NCBI GenBank assembly: GCA_963707645.1
Contig: CAVPQW010000008.1
Span: 3,547 to 67,546, forward strand
Length of the DNA stretch: 64,000 bases
DNA from: an uncultured Actinomycetes bacterium
GTDB lineage: Bacteria > Actinomycetota > UBA4738 > JACQTL01
Direction: 5' to 3'
Shown: piece by piece, positions 1 to 8,594 of the stretch
Layout: each line of letters opens with the position of its first letter
Position numbering within the stretch: position 1 is the stretch's first letter
Position numbers and translations under genes: made by a program
The notes under the pieces: generated by a model
What the model saw: the letters and a program-made list of their open reading frames with translations, nothing else
What the model was told of the DNA's origin: nothing
The model's database searches: none

Positions 1-836
1 CCGGTCGGGATCGGGAACCACTCGTGGATGATCATCTTCACGCCCACGAAGGCCAGCACGGCCGCGAGGGAGAAGCGCAGGAACCGGAACCGGTGGATGG
101 CGTCGGCCAGGACGAAGTAGAGGGGTCGGAGCCCCATGACGGCGAGGGCGTTCGACGAGAACGCGATGAAGGCCACGGAGGTCACGCCGAAGATGGCCGG
201 GATCGAGTCCACCGCGAAGATCAGGTCGGCCACGATGATGAGGAACAGCACCGCGAACAGCAGCGTCGCCCACCGCTTGCCGCCTTCCCGCACGAAGAAG
301 CGTTCGCCGCGGTAGTCGTCGGTGATGTTGAACACCTTGGACAGGGCGCGCATGGACCGGCCGTCCTTGAAGGACTTCTCGTGCTCGCCGCCGAACAGCA
401 GCCGGGCCGCGGTCAGGATCAGAAGGCCGCCGAAGACGAACACGGCCCATTCGAAGGCGTGGAGCAGCCCCGCGCCCCCGACGATGAACCCCAGCCGAAG
501 GACGACTGCCCCGAGCACGCCCCACTGGAGGACCTTCTGCTGCAGCGGCAGCGGCACGGCGAACTGGGACAGGATCACGACGAACACGAAGATGTTGTCG
601 ACGGAGAGGCTCCACTCGATCACGTAGCCGGCCAGGTACTCGGTCGCCGACTTGCCGCCCAGTGTGAGCCAGATGACCCCGGCGAACCCAAGCCCGATCG
701 CGACGTAGAACGCGCTCCAGGCGAGAGCCTCGCGCGTGTGGACCTCGTGGGGGCGGCGATGGAACCACAGCTGGTCGACGACGAGCAGGATCACGATCCC
801 TGCCAGGAATCCGACCCATCCGTACCAGGGGACCAC
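1..836 (-). CDS. TerC family integral membrane protein (3' end lies beyond window edge)
   Basis: Hand translation of the minus strand from GTG 836-834, with GGAGG at 846-842, gives VVPWYGWVGFLAGIVILLVVDQLWFH...YVIEWSLSVDNIFVFVVIL...IFAVDSIPAIFGVT. This is a multi-TM TerC signature. The frame stays open to base 1, so it is missing from the ORF track. The listed + ORF 24..1025 is its antisense shadow. Confidence 0.85.
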   Translation of the reverse strand, partial: MVPWYGWVGFLAGIVILLVVDQLWFHRRPHEVHTREALAWSAFYVAIGLGFAGVIWLTLGGKSATEYLAGYVIEWSLSVDNIFVFVVILSQFAVPLPLQQKVLQWGVLGAVVLRLGFIVGGAGLLHAFEWAVFVFGGLLILTAARLLFGGEHEKSFKDGRSMRALSKVFNITDDYRGERFFVREGGKRWATLLFAVLFLIIVADLIFAVDSIPAIFGVTSVAFIAFSSNALAVMGLRPLYFVLADAIHRFRFLRFSLAAVLAFVGVKMIIHEWFPIPT

Positions 837-866
837 GTGCACCTCCAGCCAGCGCGAAACGCGTGG

Positions 867-965
867 CCGGAGGTCTCGTCCCCGGGGAGCCGGGAGGCCT
901 GCCGGGCCGGCGTCGAAGCCGACCGTGTTGACGGCGAGGCCCGCTTGTGGACTACTCCCCTCCGG
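867..965 (-). promoter_or_regulatory. yybP-ykoY (Mn2+) type riboswitch aptamer in the TerC 5' leader
   Basis: The minus strand reads CCGGAGGGGAGUAGUCC...GCCGUCAACACGG...CCCCGGGGACGAGACCUCCGG. It has a closing helix CCGGAGG/CCUCCGG and the conserved GGGGAGUAG, UCAACA and GAGACC boxes of this class. It sits between a TACAAT -10 box (981-976) and the TerC start, and TerC genes are a classic target. Confidence 0.7.
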
Positions 966-1061
966 TTCGCCGAGCATTGTAACCCGGGGGCGCGCCTCCC
1001 CGCCGGACCGGGGTCCGTGCGGTAAGTTCACCACCGCCCGTCGCGACTGAAGGAGGAAGCG

Positions 1062-1625
1062 ATGCGTTCGATTCGTGTGCTGGCAATGGCAGGCACCTTT
1101 GCGGTGCTTCTGGCGGCCTGCAGTGGTGGTGGCGACGAGCAGCCGACCGGGCTGCCCACCGGCCTCCCGACCGGGCTCCCCACGGCGCTGCCGACCGGGC
1201 TGCCGACGGCCCTTCCGAGCGGGCTGCCGACCGGGCTGCCCACCGGCATCCCCGGAGGGAGTCTGTCGACGGGGACCGCGCACCTCGAATTCTCGGGGGC
1301 AGCGACGGCGACCGTCGACCTGCCGTTCGACAACGGCGCCTACACGCCGGGCATCGTGATCGGCCTGGCCTACCAGGACGAGGCCAAGAACACGTTCGCG
1401 ATCGCCGGGACCGCCTTCACGGGAACCGCGACGACCGGCAACACGCTGACCGTGAGCTATGTCCTGACCAACCCCATCGCGGTCGGCACGTCGGCGAGCG
1501 GGGAATGCACGCTCACCCTCTCGGACGCGACGGCAACGCACGTGCAGGGCACGGTGGACTGCCAGAACATCCAGGGCGGCACCGGGGCGCAGAACATCAC
1601 GGGGACGTTCGAGGCTTCGGGCTAA
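1062..1625 (+). CDS. Lipoprotein with (PTGL)n repeat linker, function unknown
   Basis: ORF track 187 aa. GAAGGAGGAAGC lies directly upstream of the ATG. Signal peptide with lipobox LLAAC|SGG, then nine tandem P-T/S-G/A-L units, then a Thr/Gly-rich globular part. Confidence 0.75.
   Translation: MRSIRVLAMAGTFAVLLAACSGGGDEQPTGLPTGLPTGLPTALPTGLPTALPSGLPTGLPTGIPGGSLSTGTAHLEFSGAATATVDLPFDNGAYTPGIVIGLAYQDEAKNTFAIAGTAFTGTATTGNTLTVSYVLTNPIAVGTSASGECTLTLSDATATHVQGTVDCQNIQGGTGAQNITGTFEASG
1143..1250 (+). repeat. 12-nt coding tandem repeat (about 9 units, PTGL/PTAL/PSGL/PTGI)
   Basis: Direct reading of ccgaccgggctg-like units at 1143-1250 inside the lipoprotein CDS. Confidence 0.8.
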
Positions 1626-1659
1626 CAGCGGCCCTCAGCGGGTCGTCTCCGGCGGGAGT

Positions 1660-3321
1660 TCAGCCGGCGCCGTGCGGCCCCCATGAGGAGGGGCCGAGCC
1701 GGAGGCCGGTCGTGCCGGAGGCGACGCGGAACATCTCGTCGAGCGCCGTCTGGTGGTAGCCGCGCGCCGCGAGTGCGTCGAGCAGCCCGGGCAGCGCCGC
1801 GGCCGTCTCCGGCTTCACGTGCATGACCACGATCATCCCGGCGTGCGCGTGGCTCAGGACCCGCTGCTGGATCGCGCCCACACCGGGTGATGCCCAGTCC
1901 TGCGGATCCACGTCCCACGTCACCGTGCGGGTGAAGCCGAGGCTCCCCGCCACCTGGAGGACCTCCGAGTCGTACGCGCCGTACGGAGGGCGGAACAGCG
2001 GCAGCGGGGTGGCGTGTGCGATGCGCCACCATGCGTCGACGTCCGCCTGGATCTGCGACCGGATCTCGCCCGGCGAGAGCGTGGTGAGCACCGGATGGCT
2101 TCGGGTGTGGCTGCCGATCGACATCCCGTCGGCGACGGTCCGCCGGGCCTGCGCGATGTTGCCGTCGAGCGTCGAGCTCGCGCAGAAGAACGTGGCCCGA
2201 AGGTCGCGCGTCTCGAGCGTGTTGAGGATCGACGTCCAGGCGTCGCCGAAGGCGCAATCGTCGAACGTCAGCGCGACGCGGTTCCCCACGCCCGTGAAGC
2301 CACGGACCACGGTCGACGTGACCGGATGCTGGATCCGGAAGGGCAGGAACGCCGACTCGAGCCGGTTCCCCGCCTCGTCCACCACGGTGATCCGGGCGCG
2401 GTACAGGCCGGGGGCCGGCGACGGCGGCGGGCCGACCTGCACGCTCGCCGGCCCCGTCGGACGGGCCTTCCCCTGCACGAACGCCACCCGCTTGACCTCG
2501 TTCCAGATGGCAGCCTGGATCGAGACGGTGTCTCCCCGGTCGTACGACTGGAACGAGAGCGTCACCGGGCCGCTCCCGGAGGCCGGCTCGGGGCTGACGC
2601 TCCCCCACCGGAACCCCGGCGCCTGCGTGTCGATCCGTATTGTGCCGGCGCCGTGGCCGGCGTTCCCCGCTGCGTCCACCGCGGTCGCGCGGATCGCAAG
2701 GACGCCATCCTGGGCCACCCGCCATTGTCCGTGGCGCTGCACCATGCCGCCCCAGTCGAACCGGTGGGGCCCCGCGCTCACCGCATGGCCCGGCACGAGG
2801 CGATGGACCACCCGCCCTGCCCCGTTCACCAGGTCGAGCTCGAGCGCGGCGGGCTCGGACAGGGTCGCCCGTACGAACGTCCGGTCCTTCACCCGGTCTC
2901 CGTTCGGGCTGAAGGCTGCGGGCGACGCCTCGACCGTCACCGTCGGCGCGGTGTTGTCGACCGTGACCGCCACCGGGTCGCTGAACACGGGCGGCCCGGC
3001 CGAGTTGGCCTTGGCCCGGAGGAACCAGGCGCCCTCCGCCACCGAGGTCGTGTCCCATGCGATCTCCCAGCCGTCACCGGGCGTCGCGTCGGTCTTGATC
3101 TGGGTATACGTGCCCTCGGCCGAACGCGCGCGCTGGAACGTGACGGAGTCCGATGCGGGCGCCTCCGCCTTCATCTGTGCCCATCCGCGCAGCGCCGCGC
3201 CGTCCCCGGGCACGGTCAATTGGACGGTCGTGGGAGCTGCCAGGGCGGCGTCGGGCAGGGCCAAGACGGCGACGGCACAGCACAGCAGGGCGCGAGCGAT
3301 GGGGCGCATCGGGGACATCAT
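1660..3321 (-). CDS. Secreted polysaccharide deacetylase (NodB homology domain) with N-terminal Ig-like/FlgD-Ig-like repeats
   Basis: 553 aa ORF. Signal peptide MMSPMRPIARALLCCAVAVLALPDAALA. The C-terminal part VALTFDDC...GSHTRSHP...LFRPPYGAYD...WDVDPQDW matches NodB deacetylase motifs. Confidence 0.85.
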   Translation of the reverse strand: MMSPMRPIARALLCCAVAVLALPDAALAAPTTVQLTVPGDGAALRGWAQMKAEAPASDSVTFQRARSAEGTYTQIKTDATPGDGWEIAWDTTSVAEGAWFLRAKANSAGPPVFSDPVAVTVDNTAPTVTVEASPAAFSPNGDRVKDRTFVRATLSEPAALELDLVNGAGRVVHRLVPGHAVSAGPHRFDWGGMVQRHGQWRVAQDGVLAIRATAVDAAGNAGHGAGTIRIDTQAPGFRWGSVSPEPASGSGPVTLSFQSYDRGDTVSIQAAIWNEVKRVAFVQGKARPTGPASVQVGPPPSPAPGLYRARITVVDEAGNRLESAFLPFRIQHPVTSTVVRGFTGVGNRVALTFDDCAFGDAWTSILNTLETRDLRATFFCASSTLDGNIAQARRTVADGMSIGSHTRSHPVLTTLSPGEIRSQIQADVDAWWRIAHATPLPLFRPPYGAYDSEVLQVAGSLGFTRTVTWDVDPQDWASPGVGAIQQRVLSHAHAGMIVVMHVKPETAAALPGLLDALAARGYHQTALDEMFRVASGTTGLRLGPSSWGPHGAG

Positions 3322-3497
3322 CCGAGGTCCTCCGGCGAAATGGCAAGGAATGCGACCCCAGGGCGGATCGCCGCGTCACGCGACCGGCCGGCGCGACAGA
3401 CCGGGCCGGGTGATGGCACACTCTGCCTTGACTTGAAGTAGCAGTGGTGTCAGCTTCGCCCAGGTTCGGGGAAGAACAACAACAAGGGGAAGACTGC

Positions 3498-5033
3498 GTG
3501 CGTCGAGCACTTGTGTTCGCGCTGGCCGCGTGTTGTGTCGTGGCAGCCGGCTTGACGACCGCCTCCGCCGCAGGGCAGCGGTCCCGCGCCGCAGCCAAGT
3601 GCGGGGTCTCCGCCGCGGTCGAAGGGGCGCTCGAGCGCGCGGTCGGCACCCGGGTCGCGAACCAGGCGCTTCGGGCCTGTGCCGCCAAGGGCGGCGTGCG
3701 GGCCATGCGGGCGCATCCCCCGACGGACCGATCCCGGCCGGAGCGGGCGCACGCCGCGGCCGTGAACATCGTGGTCGACAACGACGGGTTCGCGACCGGC
3801 GCCAACTGCAACGACGGCGCGACGGCGGCGGAGACCACGATCGACGCCGGGCTGGCCCTGGCGGCCGCCGGCGACAGCGTGCTGGTGTGCCCCGGTTCCT
3901 ACGCGGGCGGCGTCGCGATTCCGGGCGGCGTGACCCTCAAGGGCATCGGCGCGACGCAGCCGATCGTGCGGTGCGGCCCCGGCTCCTTCGGCACGACCGG
4001 CGCGATCCTCGACGAGGTCGACGACGCCACGATTCAGAACCTGGACTTCGAGGGCGGCGGGACCTGCGGGACGGGCATCCAGGTCGTGGACGCCATCGGG
4101 AGCACCGTGACCGGGAACACGATCAACGGGAGTCAGGTCGGGATCCTGTCGGAGTTCGCCGGCTCCAACCAGTTCGGGCCCGACAACTCCATCACGGCCC
4201 TCGAAACGGGGATCCTCGAGTTCCTCACCGACGGCGACACGATCGTCGACAACCACGTCGGTGAGGCACCGAGCGCGGACATCGCGTTGATCGACACCGG
4301 TTTGTTCGACCTCGGCGGCAACGTGATCGAGGAGAACCGCCTCGCCGGCGGGCCCGCCACCCGGTACGGCGTCTTCCTGGACTTCGGCGATCTCACCCAT
4401 GCGGAAGGCAACGTCATCAGCGGACATGCCTACGGGGTGTGGGTCGAGGACTCGCTCGACGTCGTGGTCACGAAGAACCGCATCCACGGCAACGACTACG
4501 GCTTGGTGAACATCGCGACGGGAAGCGAGTGCGAGCAGCAGTGCAAGCGCTCGCGGGCCCTCGGAGGCCCGGTGCCGGACCTGGTCGACGGGACGCGGAA
4601 CTGGTGGGGCTCGGCGACCGGACCGGGTGACTGGGGCATCGGGACGGGCGACGAGGTGTCCGCGGAGGTCGAGTTCTTCCCCTGGGCGCTGACCAACCAG
4701 CTCACGGCGTTCCGGGCGTGCGACAAGCGGATCACGATCCCCGGCAGCCTCCGGGGGACGAACAAGAGCGACGTGCTGTGCGGCTCGGGCGGCGACGACA
4801 CGATCAACGGCCGCAAGGGCGCGGACCTCATCATCGCCAACAACGGCGACGACGTGATCTCGGGCAAGGAAGGCCAGGACTCGATCATCGGGGCCGGTGG
4901 CGACGACTTCGTGACCGGCAACACCCAGTTCGACTCCATCCAGGGCCGGGGCGGCGGCGACGTCTGCTGGTTCAACGGGGACGGCGGACAGATCTCGTCC
5001 TGCGAGAGGTTCGGGATCGGCCGCTCGCACTAG
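3498..5033 (+). CDS. Secreted parallel beta-helix repeat protein with C-terminal RTX-like Ca-binding GGxGxD repeats
   Basis: ORF 3444..5033. The likely start is GTG 3498 (VRRALVFALAACCVVAAGL signal, AAGGGGAAG upstream). Repeated GNxIxG/NxI beta-helix turns. The tail is GSGGDDTINGRKGADLIIANNGDDVISGKEGQDSIIGAGGDDFVTG. Confidence 0.75.
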   Translation: MRRALVFALAACCVVAAGLTTASAAGQRSRAAAKCGVSAAVEGALERAVGTRVANQALRACAAKGGVRAMRAHPPTDRSRPERAHAAAVNIVVDNDGFATGANCNDGATAAETTIDAGLALAAAGDSVLVCPGSYAGGVAIPGGVTLKGIGATQPIVRCGPGSFGTTGAILDEVDDATIQNLDFEGGGTCGTGIQVVDAIGSTVTGNTINGSQVGILSEFAGSNQFGPDNSITALETGILEFLTDGDTIVDNHVGEAPSADIALIDTGLFDLGGNVIEENRLAGGPATRYGVFLDFGDLTHAEGNVISGHAYGVWVEDSLDVVVTKNRIHGNDYGLVNIATGSECEQQCKRSRALGGPVPDLVDGTRNWWGSATGPGDWGIGTGDEVSAEVEFFPWALTNQLTAFRACDKRITIPGSLRGTNKSDVLCGSGGDDTINGRKGADLIIANNGDDVISGKEGQDSIIGAGGDDFVTGNTQFDSIQGRGGGDVCWFNGDGGQISSCERFGIGRSH

Positions 5034-5051
5034 GGGTGGCGGGTTCGGGAC

Positions 5052-5082
5052 GGGGAGCCGGCCGCGCAGCGGCCGGCTCCCC
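5052..5082 (+). terminator. Perfect 14-bp GC hairpin downstream of the beta-helix gene
   Basis: GGGGAGCCGGCCGC-gca-GCGGCCGGCTCCCC followed by GTCGTTCC, 19 nt after the stop codon. Confidence 0.6.
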
Positions 5083-5234
5083 GTCGTTCCGGGCGTTCGG
5101 AGCGCCCGGTTTGCCCGGCCGGCGGGCCGGGCATACAGTCGCCGAGGCGTTTGTTACTCTCCGGTAGGTAACGCGGCGCGGGCCTCCGAACGGCGTCGCA
5201 GACTTCGCGACCGGATCGCGGAAGGAGCCTGACC

Positions 5235-6443
5235 ATGCGCGAGGCAGTCATCGTCGAAGCCGTCCGGAGCCCGATCGGGAAGCGGAACGGCTCGCTTTCC
5301 GGCACCCACCCCGTCGACCTCCTGGCCCACGTGCTGCAGGCCGTGGTGGAGCGCTCCGGCGTGGACCCCGGGCTCATCGAGGACAACATCACCGGCTGCG
5401 TGTCCCAGGTGGGCGAGCAGTCGATCAACGTCGGCCGCAACGGATGGCTGGCCGCCGGGTTCCCCGAGGAGATCCCGTCCACCACCGTCGACCGCCAGTG
5501 CGGCTCGTCCCAGCAGGCCGCCCACTTCGCCGCGCAGGGCGTGATCGCCGGCGCGTACGACCTCGTCGTCGCATCCGGCGTCGAGAACATGACCCGCGTT
5601 CCCATGGGTTCGTCGATGGCCGGCGCCATGCCGTACTCGCCGTCGCTGTTCAACCGCTACGAGGGCAAGCTCGTGCCCCAGGGCATCAGCGCCGAGCTCA
5701 TCGCCACCAAGTGGGACCTGTCGCGCGAGCAGCTCGACGACTTCTCGGCCCGCTCGCACGCGCGCGCGGCCGAGGCGACGAAGGAGGGCCGGTTCCAGCG
5801 GGAGATGGCCCCGATCAAGGTGTCCGGCGAGGACGGCGAGAAGCTCCTCGACGTCGACGAGGGCATCCGGTTCGAGCTCGACCGGGAGAAGATGGGGACG
5901 CTCCAGCCGTCGTTCTTCAATCCCGGCCTCGAGGACCAGTTCCCGGGGCAGCTCAACTGGCGGATCACGGCGGCCAACTCCTCGCAGATCTCCGACGGCG
6001 CGGCCGCGGTGCTGATCGCCTCGCGGGAGAAGGCCGAGGAGCTCGGGCTGAAGCCGCGGGCGCGGTTCGTCTCGTTCTCGCTGGCCGGCGACTCGCCGAT
6101 CCTGATGCTGACGGCGCCGATCCCGGCCACCCGCCGGGTGCTCGACCGGGCCGGCCTGTCGCTGGAGGAGGACATCGACGTCGTCGAGATCAACGAGGCG
6201 TTCGCGTCGGTCGTGCTGGCCTGGCAGAAGGAGCTCGGGATCTCCGAGGAATGGTTCTCAGAGCACGTGAACCCGAACGGCGGCGCGATCGCCGTCGGGC
6301 ACCCGCTCGGCGCGACGGGCGCGAAGCTCCTCACCACCATGCTGCACGAGCTCGAGCGCACCGGCGGCCGCTACGGCCTCCAGACCATGTGCGAGGGCGG
6401 CGGCATGGCCAACGCGATGATCATCGAGCGGCTCGACTCGTAG
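5235..6443 (+). CDS. Acetyl-CoA C-acyltransferase (thiolase)
   Basis: 402 aa. GGAAGGAG RBS. MREAVIVEAVRSPIGKRNGSLSG..., active-site regions VDRQCGSSQQA and NPNGGAIAVGHPLGATG...CEGGGMANA. Confidence 0.95.
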   Translation: MREAVIVEAVRSPIGKRNGSLSGTHPVDLLAHVLQAVVERSGVDPGLIEDNITGCVSQVGEQSINVGRNGWLAAGFPEEIPSTTVDRQCGSSQQAAHFAAQGVIAGAYDLVVASGVENMTRVPMGSSMAGAMPYSPSLFNRYEGKLVPQGISAELIATKWDLSREQLDDFSARSHARAAEATKEGRFQREMAPIKVSGEDGEKLLDVDEGIRFELDREKMGTLQPSFFNPGLEDQFPGQLNWRITAANSSQISDGAAAVLIASREKAEELGLKPRARFVSFSLAGDSPILMLTAPIPATRRVLDRAGLSLEEDIDVVEINEAFASVVLAWQKELGISEEWFSEHVNPNGGAIAVGHPLGATGAKLLTTMLHELERTGGRYGLQTMCEGGGMANAMIIERLDS

Positions 6444-6468
6444 TCGAGCCTCCCGTCCTGCAGGCGCA

Positions 6469-6504
6469 GACGAGGCGCCGAGGCCGCGGCCCCGGCGCCT
6501 CGTC
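6469..6504. terminator. 12-bp hairpin between convergent genes
   Basis: GACGAGGCGCCG ... CGGCGCCTCGTC with a 12-nt loop, between the thiolase stop and the stop of the minus-strand gene at 6573. Confidence 0.5.
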
Positions 6505-6572
6505 CGCTCGGTCGGCGATCAGGCCGGGGCGAGCCTGCACCCGTGGAATCCTCAGGTGCTTGGGGCGCGTGG

Positions 6573-7328
6573 TCAGGCGACGGGCGTCTCCCAGTCGTCC
6601 TCGGCCGTGATCCGGGTCCGCCCGCTGGACGTGGCGTCGATGTCGACGCTCACCAGGTAGCGCGCCCCGGCCGGAGCGTGGAAGGCGACCCGCGCGTACG
6701 TGTCGGATCCGTCGGGAAACTCCGTGAACCCGATGTGCCTGGGCGCAATATCGTCGATCGAGGCGGCGTCGCCCTTCGCGCCGAAGACGCCGAAGAGCCC
6801 CGCCCGGAACGTCGCGGCCGAATCGTCGAGGTTCGCGACGGCGAGCCGCAGCCCTTCCGCGGGCGTCAGGTGGAACAGCATCGAGCGGAGCTCCCTGACC
6901 GTCATGAGGCGGCTCGGCCCCAGCCGGACCTCGTTGGCGTCCGTGCCCGCGTCCTGGAGGAACAGCGCGACCGCCCAGCCCTTCGAGCTGCCTCCGGGGA
7001 TCGACACCCGGCCCCTGACGTACGTGAACTCTTCCAGCTGGGTCGTGCTGGCCAATGTCTTGCCGGGCTCCGTCGTGCCCGCGAACCCGGCGACGAGGTC
7101 GCCCTGCTCGTCGAGGAGCGACGAGGTCACGCGGCGGGCGGTCCCGGTGAGGTTCGTGATCACGAAGGTGGCCTGCACCCCGGCCGCCAGCCCAACCGGC
7201 CCGATGTGGACGATGGCCGGACGGGTCGCGCGCCCCGGCGTCCGGGCCGTTCCATCCGCCGGGGCGATCGTCCCCAGTGCCAGCGTCGCCGTGATCCCCG
7301 CGACGACGCCGTGCCGAAGTCGCTGCAT
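6573..7328 (-). CDS. Secreted hypothetical protein
   Basis: ORF 6573..7424. The likely start is ATG 7328 (MQRLRHGVVAGITATLALGTIAPADG signal-like). Normal amino-acid composition, no family recognised. Confidence 0.55.
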   Translation of the reverse strand: MQRLRHGVVAGITATLALGTIAPADGTARTPGRATRPAIVHIGPVGLAAGVQATFVITNLTGTARRVTSSLLDEQGDLVAGFAGTTEPGKTLASTTQLEEFTYVRGRVSIPGGSSKGWAVALFLQDAGTDANEVRLGPSRLMTVRELRSMLFHLTPAEGLRLAVANLDDSAATFRAGLFGVFGAKGDAASIDDIAPRHIGFTEFPDGSDTYARVAFHAPAGARYLVSVDIDATSSGRTRITAEDDWETPVA

Positions 7329-7494
7329 GCGCGCCACCTCCCTGGTCGTTCGAACTCGGCCTGCGTGTGCAGTGGGCCGAACCCTACGCTCAGGCTGCCG
7401 CCCGTGCTTCCCACGTCGCCCCACAGTGGGCTAACGAGGCGCCGGAGCCCTTCGGGCTCCGGCGCCTCGCCGTGCTCCTGGCGCTCGCTTCGGG

Positions 7495-8055
7495 CTACGT
7501 GCCCGAGGTCGCGCCGGTCGTGGGTGCCGAGGTCGCGCCGGTCGTCGGTGCTCCGGTCGTCGGACCGGTCGTCGCGCCCTGGGCCTGCGGGAGCGTGTAG
7601 CCGGCGGCGGTCAGCTCGCGGCCGGCCTCCTCGAGGTCTTTGGCGTAGGCCCCCTTCGTCAACTGGTCGGACAGGCTCCTGACCTTCTGCTCGTCGCCCG
7701 CCTGGGCGGCGTCGGCCATCTCGTGCATGACCGCGGCGGCCGCCCGGAACCCGGTCACGAGCTTTGCGTTGGCCTCGGCTGCGTCCTCCGGCGGCGTCAG
7801 GTCGTCGAGCTGCCCCGCGTAGCCGTCGATGGCGCCGGCGGCCTGGTCGAGCTGGGGAGCCAGCTTGGGCAGGTCGCCCTTGCTGGCGAAGATCGCGCCG
7901 AGCACCACCGCGGCCTGCTGGTTGGCCTGGGTGGTGAGCGTGTTGAGCTTCTGCTGGTACTCGTCGTGCGACAGCGGCGAACCGCCGCCGCACGCGGACA
8001 GCGCGAGCGCGGCCGCAGCCACGACCGCGACCGAAGCCAGGCGTCGCTTGATCAT
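7495..8055 (-). CDS. Lipoprotein with helical body and Thr/Gly/Ala/Pro repeat tail, function unknown
   Basis: ORF 7495..8124. The likely start is MIKRRLASVAVVAAAALALSAC|GGG (lipobox). The C-terminus is GATTGPTTGAPTTGATSAPTTGATSGT. Confidence 0.7.
   Translation of the reverse strand: MIKRRLASVAVVAAAALALSACGGGSPLSHDEYQQKLNTLTTQANQQAAVVLGAIFASKGDLPKLAPQLDQAAGAIDGYAGQLDDLTPPEDAAEANAKLVTGFRAAAAVMHEMADAAQAGDEQKVRSLSDQLTKGAYAKDLEEAGRELTAAGYTLPQAQGATTGPTTGAPTTGATSAPTTGATSGT
7498..7584 (-). repeat. Coding low-complexity repeat (TTGA/TTGP units)
   Basis: Repeated ggtcgc/ggtgcc-type units visible on the plus strand at 7498-7584. They encode the lipoprotein tail. Confidence 0.6.
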
Positions 8056-8245
8056 CGGGTCCTCCTTGGGTGATCGGGCACTGCCCGGGCGGACCGCTGC
8101 GGGCAGGGGATCAGAGGGTAGCATTCATGCGAAATGTCGCCGTCCGGGCGAATCGGGCACCCGGACTCGTCACCGCATCCGGGCGCCCGTGAACCGCCTC
8201 ATCCCGGTCGTTCCCGCCCGTTGTGCCTGTGGTTCACTGGGAACG

Positions 8246-8524
8246 ATGGTCTTCCGGGTGCTCATCGCGATCGTACTGTTCGCCGGCATCGCGTTCCTGG
8301 GCATCCAGATGCTGCGAGCGGCCTCGGGCGCCGGCCGCGCCGAGGACGCCCGCCCGCCCGACGCCGAGCCCGAGGACGTGGCCGACCTCGACGTGTTCCT
8401 CGTCTGCACCGAATGCGGCACGGAGTTCCAGGTGACCCGCCTCGGCGAGGTCCAGGTGCCGCGCCACTGCGGGGAGCGCATGGAGGTCGTCCGCCGTCCG
8501 GCGGCCGACCCCCGGGCCAACTGA
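8246..8524 (+). CDS. Small membrane-anchored protein with zinc-ribbon-like CxxC...HC motif
   Basis: In-frame ATG 8246 inside ORF 7829..8524. MVFRVLIAIVLFAGIAFLGIQML (TM) then ...VCTECGTEFQVTRLGEVQVPRHCGERMEV. Confidence 0.55.
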   Translation: MVFRVLIAIVLFAGIAFLGIQMLRAASGAGRAEDARPPDAEPEDVADLDVFLVCTECGTEFQVTRLGEVQVPRHCGERMEVVRRPAADPRAN

Positions 8525-8538
8525 CCCACCCACGAGAC

Positions 8539-8573
8539 GAAGGGGCGCCCCCGCAGAGCGGGGGCGCCCCTTC
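8539..8573. terminator. Perfect 14-bp hairpin between convergent genes
   Basis: GAAGGGGCGCCCCC-gcagagc-GGGGGCGCCCCTTC between the stop at 8524 (+) and the stop at 8595 (-). Confidence 0.6.
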
Positions 8574-8594
8574 GCCGTCTAGGGACCAGGTCGA

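Noticed and set aside
24-1025. 333-aa plus-strand ORF (MDDHLHAHEGQHGREGE...) and overlapping small ORFs at the window start
   Set aside because: His/Asp/Glu/Arg/Pro-rich nonsense composition. It is the antisense shadow of a clean TerC membrane protein on the minus strand.
1622-3441. Three long overlapping ORFs (1622..3058 -, 1823..3436 +, 2014..3441 +)
   Set aside because: Arg/Gly/Pro-rich composition typical of off-frame reading in GC-rich DNA. The in-frame 1660..3321 ORF has a signal peptide and a NodB domain.
5153-5172. GTTAC...GTAAC partial palindrome upstream of the thiolase gene
   Set aside because: Only 4-5 bp arms with mismatched interior. This is too weak to call an operator without comparative support.
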